Shown one piece after another: positions 34,951 through 48,399 of a DNA stretch of 64,000 nt. The notes beneath the pieces were generated by a model. That model was not told the origin of the DNA and ran no database searches. It worked only from the letters and a program-made list of their open reading frames with translations. The translations under genes and the position numbers were made by a program. Origin of the DNA: Eutreptiella sp. 'Long Island Sound 2002' (taxonomy: Eukaryota; Protista; Euglenida); the NCBI GenBank assembly GCA_964036045.1, contig OZ038378.1, forward strand, positions 102,734,001 through 102,798,000, given 5' to 3'. How positions within the stretch are numbered: the first letter of the stretch is position 1; each line of letters opens with the position of its first letter.

Positions 34951-36999
34951 CGGCAGCCGCTGCGGCATCCCCATGGCAGAGAAAAAGGGCAGTCAAGGGC
35001 CTCTAGGCTACGCTGCAACGTGGTGTCCGGGTTGCCTTATCCAAGAGCAACGACAAGAGCAACGGCAAGTGACTGGAGGCCCCACTCCGCTAGATCATGA
35101 CTGTCGCTGGACCATAACGAACATACAGCTAGTGACACAAACTGTGTGACTGTGCTGGAGTTGTGAGGGCCTCATGTGACTGGGCCTGTCATGTGCTATC
35201 CCAAACAGCTCCGGGACAGTGAATGATGTGTGCCGTTTGTCTTTGTACCTGTTTTTGACTGAATTTTAATGTCCTTTGTAGAGCCCAACCTTCGAGATTT
35301 GATTGATTTGCCTCCGAATATGACGAATTTTGTACTGCTGGGCTCTGCATGGCCCAGCATGTTGTCTTAGTCAAATTTGCATGCTGCTTGGGGGGTTACA
35401 TTGTAGCCCTCATCTCAACGTTGTAGTACTGTCCCTGTGAGTGTGGTTGTAAGAATGCAACGTTGTGCTATAGCATTTGTTTTCGTACGTCCCTTGTTGA
35501 CACAGTGCTCGAACTGTCGAGTTTGATCACCATCGGTGCATCTACCGTGCCAAGTTTGTGTCTATGAGCCCTAGATGCTCTATTTATGTGCTATTTTTTC
35601 AACAGCCCATGCACTACAAACCTCAGATGCAATATGTACCCTCGATTGAGTCCTGACATGGTTTGTTACCTGTTCCTGGGCCCTACAGAGCTCAGGCGAA
35701 TGTGTTTGTCATTTTGAGTTCACCAGGTATGCCCAGATTTCGATCTCCACTGTGTATACTCGGCATAGGCTTGCCACAATTCGCTGGGCCACGTTACATT
35801 TGGCGCTATCATGTATGCCCCAATTTCATTGATCCGTCTGGCCAGGTCTTTTTTGTTCCTCCAGCGGTTGACGGTGCATATGTTGGGCACTGCTTTGCCA
35901 CTGCCCACTGTGCGATGATACACTTTTTGGTGCCATTTGTGACCGGTTTTCGTTGGTGTCGACCAGAGATTAATAATTCCTCATTCGCTCGGGATTTATA
36001 AGGGGGAACAGTCTTTGTGTGTCGAGGTTTAGTAGTTGCTTATGAACAACCTCTAGTGGCACATCAGTCCGCAGTTAGTACAACATCCAATTCCAGAGTT
36101 CTGACGGGCCTCGTATGGTGCATGTAAAGGTTTTTATAATTTCCATGCTTTGCTTTCCGTGTGTTTGTGCTTCATACTGGTTGGCTTGTATGTATGCAGC
36201 TTCCATGCCTTGTCTATGACCGGTGCTGTGGTGGTCTTTGGCATAGGTGGGGAATGCAATTTCCCGGGGGGGGGGGGGGGGGGCAAAACCATAGACTGCG
36301 CCCCTTATGGTATCCAATACCACAGTGGTGATCCGGTGTGTTCATCATTATCGTCATTTATGTGTTCTTTCCGTTGTTTCTATTGAGTTGGGCTCTGCAG
36401 ATCCCAACTAGTAGGAATTCCCTATTTCAGGCCTCGTTACTACTTGTTTGCCTATACATTGTTATGTTGATGTACAACCTTGTATTATTACCCCCGTTTT
36501 TAGTGAATTTCTTGGTTCTAGGCTCAACAGAGCCCGGCCTTTCGAAAATGCTCCTTTACACCCTCCGTTCATACAGGTGGTGTTCTTTGTTGGTCCGGGG
36601 TGCACCTTCTTCGCAGGCGGTCAATGTATGGTCATCATTGCCGTCACAGTACTACAATTGCTAAGACAACCGCACCACGTGCCGTTGACAAATACGTGCT
36701 CCATTCGGCATACCAGATCATGAAGCATACTTTTATGGCGGTGCTGGTCCATTATCCGTATTTCATGCCTCCAAAAATGGGAGAAAATAGTGACTTCGCT
36801 CGTATGATGTGGGGGCCCAAAATGGTGCCTTTTTGCTGCTTCGCACCCCTAAATTGTGTGTCGCGGCTCCTCCCCATACACCCTGGCTGGGAACACCCCC
36901 TCCATTACGCTTGGCTATGCAGCAGAGAGACTCGGCTCTGTGCACAACATGATTTTTTTGATAAAGCGATAGGGGGCACTATGGGCCTCCTAACACGAG

Positions 37000-39900
37000 C
37001 GTCAACGTGGGAGGACAGCAAGCCGCTTGTCGCCGGGACGGGGCACTACGTGCCCACCAAGGGCATGACACTGGAAGGGCAGAAGACCATTATCATGGTT
37101 GCCATTCACGCAGCGACAACTCGCCTCTAGGGCAGGGACCGGGTGTCCTTTGGGGAGCCGATGATGGCGTGGAGCAGGGAGAACCCCGTTGAAGAAGAAG
37201 CGGCGCCGGAAGAAGAACGCTTGGACCCAGATGCAGCGCGGAGGCTTTTTCCCGCAACCCAAGGCTCCCAGCCACGGAGAGTCGTAGCCTGGGCGCCGGA
37301 CGGCACCAGACAGCCCAGGGCAGCCCCGCCGAAGCCTCGCGCACAGGTGAGGCCTCAATGCAAGATATCTGAGGAGAGCCTAGAAGCCGGCGCAGAGGTC
37401 CGAGAACAAGCGTGCCAGAAGATCCTGCGGGAGCCTATGCAGAGCTACGCATGGCATCAGAGCCGGGGGAGGAGTGGATTGACGTCCTGCTCCGCGACGA
37501 GGAGCCGCTGCTGGCCATCAAAGCAGCCTTGCAAAGCCCTGCCCCAGGGCGAACGGCAGGCGCGCCCCATAGCTTTCAAGACGCGGTCGACATCACCCCC
37601 AGGCGAGTGAAGACCGAGGACATCAACCGGTACCCTGAGCTTGCGTTCGGGAACACCTTCCAGCCCCTACCGGAACCAACCGACGGCAAAGTCCGTCCGC
37701 AGTGTACACAGAAGACGGCCGATGCGATGTGCAAGGGGGTGCCCATCCGAGGAGAGGAGATCAGTGCGCACATGAAGAAGAAGCGAGACGCCGACGGCAA
37801 CGACAAAGGAGAGCCGAGCGACGATGAGGAGCGCGGGTAAAAGAGACACGGAGGCCGAAAGAGTGCCGACAAGGACGTTGAGAGCGGCAAGGCCAAGAAT
37901 TAGTTCGTATGCTGCTACGGATGCGGAGGCGACCACGGGTCTACAGCCTGCCGAGCCGCGGTCCCCGTCGGCTAGAAAGAGCGGTGTAGCCACTATGCCA
38001 AGAAGGGCCCCATCGCGAAAGTGTGCACGGAGGTAGCGGCGGCACGGGCTGCCTTCCTACTACGGCAAGCCGTGGGAGTTCGAGTCGAACCCGCTGCAAG
38101 ACGTCGAAGGGCAGCGGGACCGAGACCCCAGCCCGGAGAAGCGAGGAGCGGGTGACCGCGACCGCGACTACGGTTGCGACCGCCGACACAGAGAACACGG
38201 CACGGAGAAGACACATTCCGCAAGAAAGCGATCACGCGGCCGCGCTAGAAGCGGGTGCCGAGACCGAAGCGGAGACAGGAGCCGCCACAAGAGCAGGGAC
38301 AAGCGCAGGGACCCGAGCAGAGACAACCGCAAGCAACGCAGCAGGAGCCGCAGCCGCCAAAAGAGCCGCGACCCGAAGAAGTCGAGGGTATGAGACAAAA
38401 GACACAGCTGCAGCAGGAGCGACAGCCGAAACCGCCGGTCCGCGATAGGGGACAAGTAAGCGTGGAGGGGCTACGAGCCCTAGAGGATTCCCCCCGCACA
38501 TGGCCAGCAATGGCAAGGGCTTCCACCGCCGCCCCAAGACTGGCATCGGCTGACTAGAGGAGAGGCGTGGATGCTCCGGCTGCAGCAGGTGCATCCAAGA
38601 GGCCCGCCGCCTACGTGGAGCTTGATGAAGGGGTGGTAGTCGCAGGGGCTGCCGGGGCCAACGACGCCGATGTCCTGGAGCCCGTTGAGGAGGGTGCCGC
38701 CGCGGTATGAAGATGTGGTGTGACAACACCCCCGAGTGCACCTAACGAGCCCAAGATTGAATGTAATTCGCAGGCAAGCACGGGGTCCCAGTGTGGCGAC
38801 CCCCGGAGCCGACCAAGCATGGCTGTACCCCTAAGGGTCCGGCCAGAGTGGGCTCGATATGCCCCTAGTCAGGAGTGAGGAGTCAGGCCCGTGGGGCCCA
38901 AAGGCCCTGCCAGGTGGTGCGGAGATTGGCCTCAACCTTAGGGGGCCGGTGACCCCCATCAAGGCGGGCCTCAGGTGAATAGTATATCGCGCAGCGGTGT
39001 GGGTCATTCCCGAGGGTGGGCACGCCCAGAGCAGCATCATGGGGACGGGCCAACGGGCCTCGGCCACGGCTTCAATAAATGGTGAATCCTGCCATTGGCC
39101 GGGACCGAGTGACTTGGACAGCGAACACACCGAGCCAGCAATTGTTGATGCCGATGCAGTAGTGCGTGCCAAGGAAGTGCAGAAGCCAGAGGTAGGGCCC
39201 GACCACAAGCGAGGGCGACAAGAACACGGGAGAGCGTAGCCCGCAAGCCACGGACAGTCGGCAGCTCAAAAGACAGCCAGAAGCAATGGTGGCCTCCCTA
39301 GGGGCGACCCCGCGGGTGCCACCACAACGTGCGCGAGAGGCGGCAAGGGCGCCCGTGGAACACCCGAGGGGCGCGGACACGGGAGCACGCGCCGAGGCGC
39401 GCGTTCGGGTATGAGCCGCAGAGGCGGCACCGAAAAAAGCCGCCGCGGAAAGGAAGCCGGGGAGGCGAAGCGCCGCGGGAGTAGGGCAGGGCACAGAAGC
39501 GTCCGCTTCAGCGCAATGACCAGGGCGACAGAGTGGGGAGCGCGACCCGAGCGCACTGGTGTCAACCCCGAGACAGCAAGAAATCAGAAACAAGGGGCGT
39601 AGCACAAAGCACGGGCGGCGGCGATGGCGGAGAGGCGGATACTGATGAGAGAAGGGCATGATGCAGCGGGGGAATGCAGGGCAAAACACGAGAAAAAAAA
39701 ATGACAAGGGCAAGTGACGGTGGCGGGAAAAGGGTGCACAAGGCGGTCGTGGACTGTGCAGAAGCTAAAAGCGGGGGGCACCACCACAACCACCTCATCC
39801 ACCACCACCACCACGTCCTCGTCCAGCACTCCACCCCCCAAGCTGCGGGGGAAACCTCCCAAACGGGCCTCCAAACCCGTCCCCACCGCGAGCAACCCCG

Positions 39901-42900
39901 CCGCTGCCAAGGCCCACGCCCCGACGAGGCCCGCGCCCGCAGCCCGGCTGTAACCCAAGACCGCCGCCAAGCAGCCACCCAAACCTGTCGGCGCGCCGCG
40001 ACCGCAACCCGCAGCCAAACCCAAGCCCAAGCCCAAGCCCGGCGCCACGACGGCAGCGCGAGCCCGACCGCCCGAGGACGTCCTCTACGACATTCGGCCC
40101 CAGCCATCCCAGGCCCGGAGGCAGCAGCGCCCAGCACGGCGCCCCCCCACCGTCACCGACGCCGCCGCCTCCGCCTCTTTGCGGCTTGCACCCCCCCCCG
40201 ATCGGAGGTAGTGGCCCGTAGGGACCACAATGCGAGAAGAGAGAAATAGTGGGTGACGCGGCAGTGGCGCTCAAAAAGTGAGGGGCACAGAGCAGCAACG
40301 GAGGGCGTGAGGGCGCGTGAATGGACCGAGACTTAGACCGACCTAGACTTCCCGATGGAGGCGTGGCTCAAGGCAGTCCAGTCGCGAGAGCCACGAGGCT
40401 CAGGCAAGTCAGGCATGCTAACGGCGGCAATTAAACAGCTCACGGCGCTGTCCCTATGGACCCTGAGAGAGGCAGTGAGCAAGACAGGGGCTCTAGGGTA
40501 TATTGAGCCCATACTCAGGTTTGTACTACATGTGCCCATCCGCAAGCGCCCGGTGCCACGGATAGAAGAAGACACGCGGCCCATAGCAATGGAGCAAGAA
40601 ATAGCAAAGCTGGTGGCGATCATGATCATAGCCCAGACGGAGCAGTACGGTAGCGACAGGTAGTGGGCGTACCAGAGAGGGAGGCCGATGGGGATGTGGC
40701 CCGCATGCTAACAATGCTGCTCAACCACACACGAGAGCAGGGTAGCAGCGCGGTTCTGTACAAGCGGGACCGCAGCAACGCGCACGGCACCGTGGACTTG
40801 GTGGGAATGGCGCACCTCTTGCAGGAGGCGGGGGTGGACCTGCCCGAAGCGCGTTGGTGTCTCTGTTACGTCCAGTGGGTGCAGATATACTCAGTGACAG
40901 CAGCAGGCACCACCAGAGCCTGGCGGGTCCGAGTTGGAGCTTTCTGGGGTCGCCCCCGGGGCCGAGGGTATACTTGTACCAAGAAGTACAATACATGGAG
41001 GCCGGCATACACCGGCATCCTGAGTGTGTGGAACGACGGAGTGGAGCTAGCATTCGATAGAGAGCGGTACTTGGGTGACGCAATAGTGCCGGCAGCGACT
41101 GAAGAAACGCTTGTGGCGATGCTTAGCCAGCAAGACGCGGTGGCACCAAAGTTCAAAGTACGACATATCCCGTCTAAAGAGGAGTATTTGTAGATCACGT
41201 GGAGCGGCCAGGCGCGGGCCACGAAAGCCACCCGGCACGCAAAATACGGCAAAGCCCAAAGGAGGGACAAACGCCGTGGCATCTGGGTGCTGGGCAGCCG
41301 GGTCATCAGCGAGGCAGCCAGGACAGGGCTGAGACGCCGGGTCCGGGGAGCAGTGGCACAGCGGGCGACAGCGGCCATCCACCTAGCGGCAGTCCATGAC
41401 GACGCGAGAGTGTTCACGGAACAGGTGCTGGCACAGGTGGTAGCCAGGACGCAGGGGGCACTGCCGTCAAAAAAGGACGTGTATCGACTAGCAGCCCCCA
41501 TGGGGAGAGTATGGAGGAGGAAGATCCAGGTGCATTTCAAGCTGGACTTCAGCACGCTCTGGCACATCCTGTGGCTCGCATTCCGAGTACGCCATCCACG
41601 GACAGCGATGTACAGGGCTGCAGTGCGGCAACAGCTACGTGTCATGAACACGACGCGGCGAGCGCTTTCAACGTGGTCCACAGCTCACTGGTATCAATAG
41701 GGAGCCGCAGCGGTAGAAAATGTGCCGCGGAGAGCGCTCAGAGAGATTGGCTGGGAGATAGTAGATGTGACGGCGGAGCTCCGGCAGCGAGAAGGAAGAC
41801 TGACACTACATCTCCCCCGGGACACGTGGGCCGGCACAGTCCCGGCGGCGGACGTGGCGGTATACACGGACGCGGGTGCCCGCCAGGACTCAGATGAGGA
41901 GAAAGAGTGCGGCGTGGGTCTGGTGATCCGGGTCAGCGACAAGTGGTGGTGGGCAGAAGTACCCATGGAGACGTGGGTAGATAACACCACGAGCTACTTG
42001 GTGTGGTGCTTCGGCGGTATGTTGGAGAGCGCCTTCGCGACCTAGGGGCGCGGACGATAGAGCTAACGTACGACGCACAAGCAGCAGCGGTGTTAGCAGA
42101 GAAGCCACCGGAGCAGTAGAAGCATCCCCTGCGGAGGGCGCTGCAGTGGTCGATCGGGAACACCACGGCGGCGCACTAGTGGGTGAAATCCCACTAAGAG
42201 GTATCAGCACTAACAAGCGACGTCCCGAAGATGGGCATCATCGTGGCGGACGCGCAGGCCACAGAGGCAGTCGACAAGAGTGCCAAAGGATATTGTGCCG
42301 CTGCCATTGTCGGCGACGTACGGGGCGGATCCCACGGCGCAGGGCTGAGCAGACATGGAATTGCGCATTCACGCACCGAGCAAATGGAGACCACCGGGGG
42401 CCCTCCATCCCCGAATGGAACAGCTCCTTCGTGAGTCCCCAGAGACGGGCATAGTGCTCGTGCCGCTACACCTGGGGCTGTGACACCGACGTCTAGAGGC
42501 ATGCCCTCGATGCGAAAGGCACGAAGAGGTCACGACGCGGTACCGATGCCCGTGCCACAGGGCCAAATGGAGAAGAGCGCTGCAGGCGCTGAGTCCGCCA
42601 TGGAGACTCCATATGGGGCTGACCCTGCGCATCATCAGTGGTGTCTCCCAGTCACGCACGTGTTTCGCCGAGGAAGGGGAAGGCACACACGACAGGGCAC
42701 CAGTCCCAGCAGACCATGTGCACGTGGCAGCGGCATTGCGGGTGGTGGAGTCCCGCCAGTTGGCCACCATAGTACGGTTCTTCGCCCATGATAGGTGAGC
42801 AGGTCCATGACCCAGCGAGAACGCCGGGGCGGGCGGTGCGGAGGACCAATGGTCCAGGTCGTGGCACGCGGCACGGGCAGACACAAAGACGATGCGCGGG

Positions 42901-43037
42901 GATGAGCGCGACAAATACTGACGGTACACTCCGCATTCCCATGCCTTAGGTCGGGCGTGCACAGACAGTTAGGCGCCAGAGACCACGGCCCGGGTGCTAG
43001 CCAAAACCAAAACCAAAACCAACCCCCCCCCCCCCCC
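37000..43037 (+). mobile_element. Decayed non-LTR retrotransposon (RT plus RNase H, APE not seen) with a (CCAAAA)n/poly-C tail
   Basis: RT: VPIRKR...EEDTRPIAMEQEIAKL (40355-40663), VLYKRDRSNAHGTVD, RYLGDAIV. RNase H: VYTDAG...CGVGLVI...DNT (41722-42045), WVKSH...GIIVADAQA (about 42180-42270). The tail is ccaaaaccaaaaccaaaacc followed by C15. The 5' boundary is uncertain. Confidence 0.8.
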
Positions 43038-43069
43038 GCACCCTGAAAGTGGTACTAATGGGGAAGGAG

Positions 43070-43620
43070 TCGGCGTATAGCCCGTTGCCAACCCCCCCGT
43101 GGACATGGTACGGGTGAGCCACAACCCCTGAGCGGCCCATATACCCGTGTTCCCCTGGCCATTGGGATAGGGACGCCTCGCAGTAGAGTTCCCTCTACAT
43201 GCCCACCGCCGGATACACCCGAGCCCCTCCGAGGTGGGGATAGAGACAGCCCGGGCCTAAGTATCCCACACCCATGCCTAGCGCCGGACACACCCGAGTC
43301 CCTCTAAATGGTGGATAGGTGCTGCCCGCAGCGTAGTTTTCCCCCTATGTCCAGTGCCGGGTGCACCCGAGACCCTGCGAGTGGGGGATAGGGACTTCCC
43401 GTAGCGGAATTCTCTCCCCATGCCCACCACCGGATACACCCCAGTCCCTCCAAGTGGAGAATAGGGACGCCCCGTGGCTAGGTATTCCACACCCATGCAT
43501 AGTGCCTGATGCACATGATTCTCTCCGAGTGGGGGATAGGGACGACCTGAGGTTGGGCATACCCCATGTGTGCCCAGTGCCGGTCACACCCACGCTCAAG
43601 AGGGGGATAGGGACGGCCTA
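43070..43620. repeat. Degenerate ~74-bp tandem repeat, related to the 4.7-7.1 kb family in reverse orientation
   Basis: ggatacacccgagtccc-like motif near 43211, 43287, 43359, 43432, 43508 and 43581. It is the reverse complement of gggactcgggtgtatcc in the 96-bp array. Confidence 0.7.
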
Positions 43621-44103
43621 TGGCGGGAGGTGTGAGATCCGGGGCCTACATGACCGCTAGCCGGCCGGCCGCTTGCGAGGCTTGAAGCAGGCCGCCCGGC
43701 GCATGGCAGGGTTCCGGGCCCGGGCCGCGTACAACCTATCGGGGTTGGCACCACGACCAACATGGTGAGAGTGACCGGGGCACCCAAGTGACCGCGGGTA
43801 ACGCTTAGGGGGGTGTACCCATCCCTACACCGACACTGTGCCTACGGGCATGTGGGGCTATGCGGGGTGTGTGTGGTCTAGTCGTTGGCCTAAGGGGGTG
43901 CTGGGGGCGGATTTGGTCGTGATCAATGCACCGCGTGGCCTAGTTGCCCAACCGTGGTTTGGGTTATTGGGTATGGCCCACCACAACACTATGTGGGATT
44001 GTACGAGATCCCGGGTCCCGCACGATCGTCGGGGGCGCAGCCGCTTGCGCGATCTACTGATGGCCACGCTACGCATGGCCGGGTTCCAAGCACGGGTCTC
44101 GTA

Positions 44104-44177
44104 CAAGAAGCACAATTGCGCAAGAGAAGCACGGTTGCACAAGAGAAGCACAATTGTGCAAGAGAAGCACAGATGCA
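44104..44177. repeat. 19-bp minisatellite, about 4 copies
   Basis: aagagaagcac(aa/gg)ttg(c/t)(g/a)c repeated in tandem. Confidence 0.85.
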
Positions 44178-44199
44178 TGGAAAAATGCTCAAGCTGCTC

Positions 44200-45530
44200 T
44201 GCCTCGTCTTTTTGATTGTGCTTTTGAATGCTGATGTGGCGAGACATTCCGCAGCAGCAGCCATGATCACAACGGCATCCAGGAAACTACAGTGGACTTT
44301 GATGGGTTGGAAGCTAGCTATAGCCATAGTGCTGCACAACCTTCTTCACATTCAGATTAGGAGTTTTGAAGAGGAGGGGGGTATTGTCAGCAAAGGAGGA
44401 GGAGGAGAAGATGTAGTCCCCTGGTAGGGCGCACCCGCTCGCCCACCCCAGGGTGCCTGTCAGCCCCTACCAAATAGGAGAAGCGGTCGTCGGTGGGGTG
44501 ACCCCGGTGGGCCTACCGAGCTCAGCATCATGGCTGAGGCTCTCCTCTTTGTCTCCTCCCCAAGACTCTTGACTCACACAACACCATGACTATTTGTTGC
44601 GTGTACCACTCAGGCAGCCTTGGGGCAGGCGAGGCTCCATTTCCGGTCCGGCTGCCACCCCCCCCAGGGAATGGGGACATAGTCACACGGGTGTGAGCCA
44701 TTAGCCCGCCAGGTACTACCCCCATGGGCGGCGTTCCGCCGGCAGGTCGTGGGGGCCTGGTCCGTTGCCTGATCCCACACACCCCCGTACAGCCCCCATA
44801 CCCGCAGACACAGCATCCGTGCGCGGTAGGGCAAACCCCCTTCAGCTCTGATTCCGGACGGGAACATACCGAAGGTTGGGGATTGCCAAGATGATCACCG
44901 TGCTGGTTGCAATGCCAGCCCTTTACCCCAAATTCAATGTATGCCGTCGGCCGATTCTTCGGCAGACTTTCCACATACTTTGCAACCTACACGTCATCTA
45001 TGTTGCAGCACTCCTTTTCCTTCATGCCTTCATCAAATCTCAAATTGCCAACACTGACTAACAGGCCACAATCCACAATGTATTATTCGCACTTTTGAAT
45101 GAAGGCATCCAACACCGGTCTCAAGTCTTCCGGACAGCCATCCTCCCGCTCTGCGCCCGCAAGCTTGGCTTTTGTGGGATCATACTGAGAGGGCCGGGTC
45201 GCCGGGTCCTTGAAACCATGCTCAGATGCTTGCGGTTGCTCATGTTCCTCTTCCTCGTCCTCCTCCTCTTCGTGATATGAGTCTGATGACTTCGCTTCGC
45301 TGAAGTCTACTCCTGCTTTGTCGCCTTCTGCGTTGGTGTTGTCCACGGCAATTGGCCCGGCATCCTCTCCGGGCCGCCCGTGTCCACCGCATTGCTAGGC
45401 TCCTCTAGAACGGTAGGCTCTATGGCATCCATTTGGTTCTCCGCTGCATCCACAGTGATTCACGGCGACTTTGCAACGTCCACCTCTAGTGACGCCCCCT
45501 CCGAGGGGTCCATTTCCATTAGCGCCTGTA
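44200..45530 (-). pseudogene. Probable second, divergent ParB-like gene fragment
   Basis: Minus-strand LRFDEGMKEKECCNIDDV*VAKYVESLPKNRP (about 44930-45035) aligns with LNIDRTMEYGQSRLVDWDQVAEVKEDLLANP at 32.15-32.24 kb. Both are preceded by an acidic low-complexity region. Confidence 0.35.
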
Positions 45531-48399
45531 GAGCAGTATGCCAAAACAGGCGCTATATCAGAAAATTAACAGTGTCTGGTACATCATCTGTGCATCTCTT
45601 ATCATCTGTGCTTCTGTTGAAACTGAAACTGTAGTACAAAAATGGGTGCCAACGGGTTCCCATGCACTTTTGAGCACTTCCTCTGGCAGAAGGGGCACAA
45701 CAACTGATGCTATCCCCTTTGAAGTGCTTTGTTTGCGATTCTATTTCATTGGTGCAGGTATGATCCTATTCTTGGGGCTGAGGGACCCCTATGGGGACGG
45801 CGCCAGATTTATGGAGCTGCAAAAGGCGAGTGTGAGCTGGTGAAGGCAGGCCTCAGTGCTATATCTGGGGCAGAGTTGCGTGAGGTCCGGCGCATGGTGG
45901 TGGGGCATACGATTCAGAACAGTGTCCATTTTTACTGCGATGGAGGAATCGTGGCCACAGACGTGGCTATCTCCAGGTCCCTTGGATGGCATGACAACGG
46001 GGTTGGGCAGAGGGAAGGGAGAGAATCCATTTGTTTTACCTGCCCATGGATGCCACCAACCTCGAACCATGGCACATTGTCCTGCTCCTTGCACAGCTAC
46101 CACTGACCTATGGCACACGCCAACCAGCGATACCATGGGCAAAATGCCTGAAACTGCAGCGCACCCCTGATGTGCTGTCTGCAATTTTCCACATCATTTG
46201 TGGAGGAGAACACCCTGACAATCACCTCACAGAGCATTGTTAGATTCAGTGCAGGCATGAGAGCCCATACCTCCCATTATTGGGATTACTTGTGTAGCAC
46301 ACCCCAATGTATGATATTGGATGTCTAACCCCCTGTAAATTCATCATTTTGGGGGACAAAATTAGCCCCCTGTGATTTTTTTGATTTTAACCCTTCCATC
46401 CCCCCACCCCCCATCCCCCACCTGGGTACCACTTTCTGGGAGGGCCGAGGGGCCGGGGGGGGGGCTTGGTTGGCTAGGGCCGGCACTGTGTGTCAATCCA
46501 GACTCAGGCCTTAGAGAACTTTTTTCTTCTATATGGATCCCATAACCAATGACAGGGTCCCACTTTCTATCTTCAAGCTTCCAAGATCAGCCCCATTACG
46601 GGGCCCCACCAGTGAGGATTTTTTCGGTCCATTTTCGGGCCGGCATGGGTTGGCTGGAAATTCGGGATTTTCCGTGACCTCTGACGACCTCGAGGGACCC
46701 TTCAGCCGTTGTTGTGTGATCATTTGGTGACAATTGGACTGCAGATCAGCCCATGGGGCTTATTTCAATGTCAGTTTGTTGTGAAAGTGAGTTTTGGCCC
46801 AAGAAGGTAAAATCATGACCTTGATTGGGGATTGGATGATGGAGGATGATGGTGGTTTGAACCCAGAATTCGAGGCGTTGAACCAAAACCAATTCCAAAA
46901 ACCACTTGAAAAATGGTCTCTGCAACACTTTGCAATGGACCCATTTTGGGGTATGAAAGTCAGTTTTGGCCCAAGTAGTGACCGTGACTGGGGATTGGAT
47001 GATGGATGATGATGCTAGATGATCCCAGCATCGCAGATACCCATTCCAAACGACTAATTCCAACAACTAATTACACAGTTGTGCCTCAACAGTCTACAGT
47101 TGGCGTAATTTGATTTGGGTTTCGTATGAAAGTGAGTTGTGGCCCATGGGGGGCGTACCGTGCACTGTGCGCGCGTTGTGCACGCGCTGTGCAAAAAGTT
47201 GGTTGTTCTCCACCACCGGGAGTTCGGTAAGTTCAGAAGATTGAAAAGACGTCATTGAATGGCTGCTGCAGTGGATGGGGCTATAGGGGGCAGAATTTAG
47301 GTCCCTAGGACCCATGGCAAGCATCAGATGTTTGAATTTTTGTGCGATGACACCCTAGACAGCGCCGAGAATGTTATGGTTGCCCATCTCTGCAGCGACA
47401 CTAGCGTCTACACCGTCTCTGATGCTTGGGGCCCTGCCTGTGTCGCTGCCTGGTCAATTGACATAGCTTGCTCAACCATGGGGTTGAAGAAACCGGGGGC
47501 TCAAGAATACAAATACCACTCAAAATACAAGGCTCCCTCATACATGCGCGAAACCATTATTAGCTCGCTCTGCTCGCAAACATCAATTTTTGGGATTGGT
47601 GCAGATTCAAAGTCTCCAATTTTGGGAAGTGCATCATCTAATGCCGCAGGCGATGCTCATCCATCATTATCATCATCCTGTGTCCAACCCCCAATCAAGG
47701 ATTTGAGTTCGGAATATTCTGATAAAACCCACTTTCACATCAAACGAAAATCAAAATCAGTCCAATCTACGTTGTTGAAGACACTAGCATGGCTTACTTA
47801 GATTGGCTCAGTTTAAGCTTTGCCCATTTTGGGATCATCCATCATCATCATCCACCACCCACACATATACCCACATTTTCCTGCAAACATCCCCCGTAGC
47901 TTTTCAACCACTCGGCGTACATTCAGTCCCCATGGTGGCAGACACTAATCAATGAGTGTCTCGCAGCCCTGTCTGAATGAAACTACAGCAACACACCCAC
48001 CTGACTTTTGGCCCTCTTTTGCCTTGTTGGGCAACCATGGGGACGTTTTCGCACAGCCCGGGCACATCGCGCGCACAACGCGGGCACGGCGCCAATTATT
48101 ACGGTGATTATCCAGGTAACAACCTTGAAAACCACCCACCTGCGGAATCATGCACACAACCCACCTCGAGGCCTGGATGCTGCATTAGTGGCAGCGGAGT
48201 GCAAAGGCTGAGGTATCCGCTACTGAATTGCCGCCCTTTGTAGCGGCTTGCAGCTTGGGGAGCATGGAGTCTAGAGTTGGTGGTGGTCTTGGGGGCGTGT
48301 TGTGGATGCAAGGGCCTCGACGCTGATTGGCTTGCGGGTACTTTCATCAACTTTTTGTTGGAGCATATGTAGGTACCAGAGGGCTCTCGGGCACAGGAT

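Noticed and set aside
36840-37000. 5' TSD or SL relic for the plus-strand LINE
   Set aside because: No convincing duplication of the sequence after the 43.0 kb tail and no SL-like sequence were found, so the 5' boundary is left approximate.
38700-39240. Possible AlkB-like domain or deleted 2A (QCGD...PG) in the second LINE
   Set aside because: No HxD metal-binding motif is visible, and the 2A would need an unobserved deletion. Too weak without profile searches.
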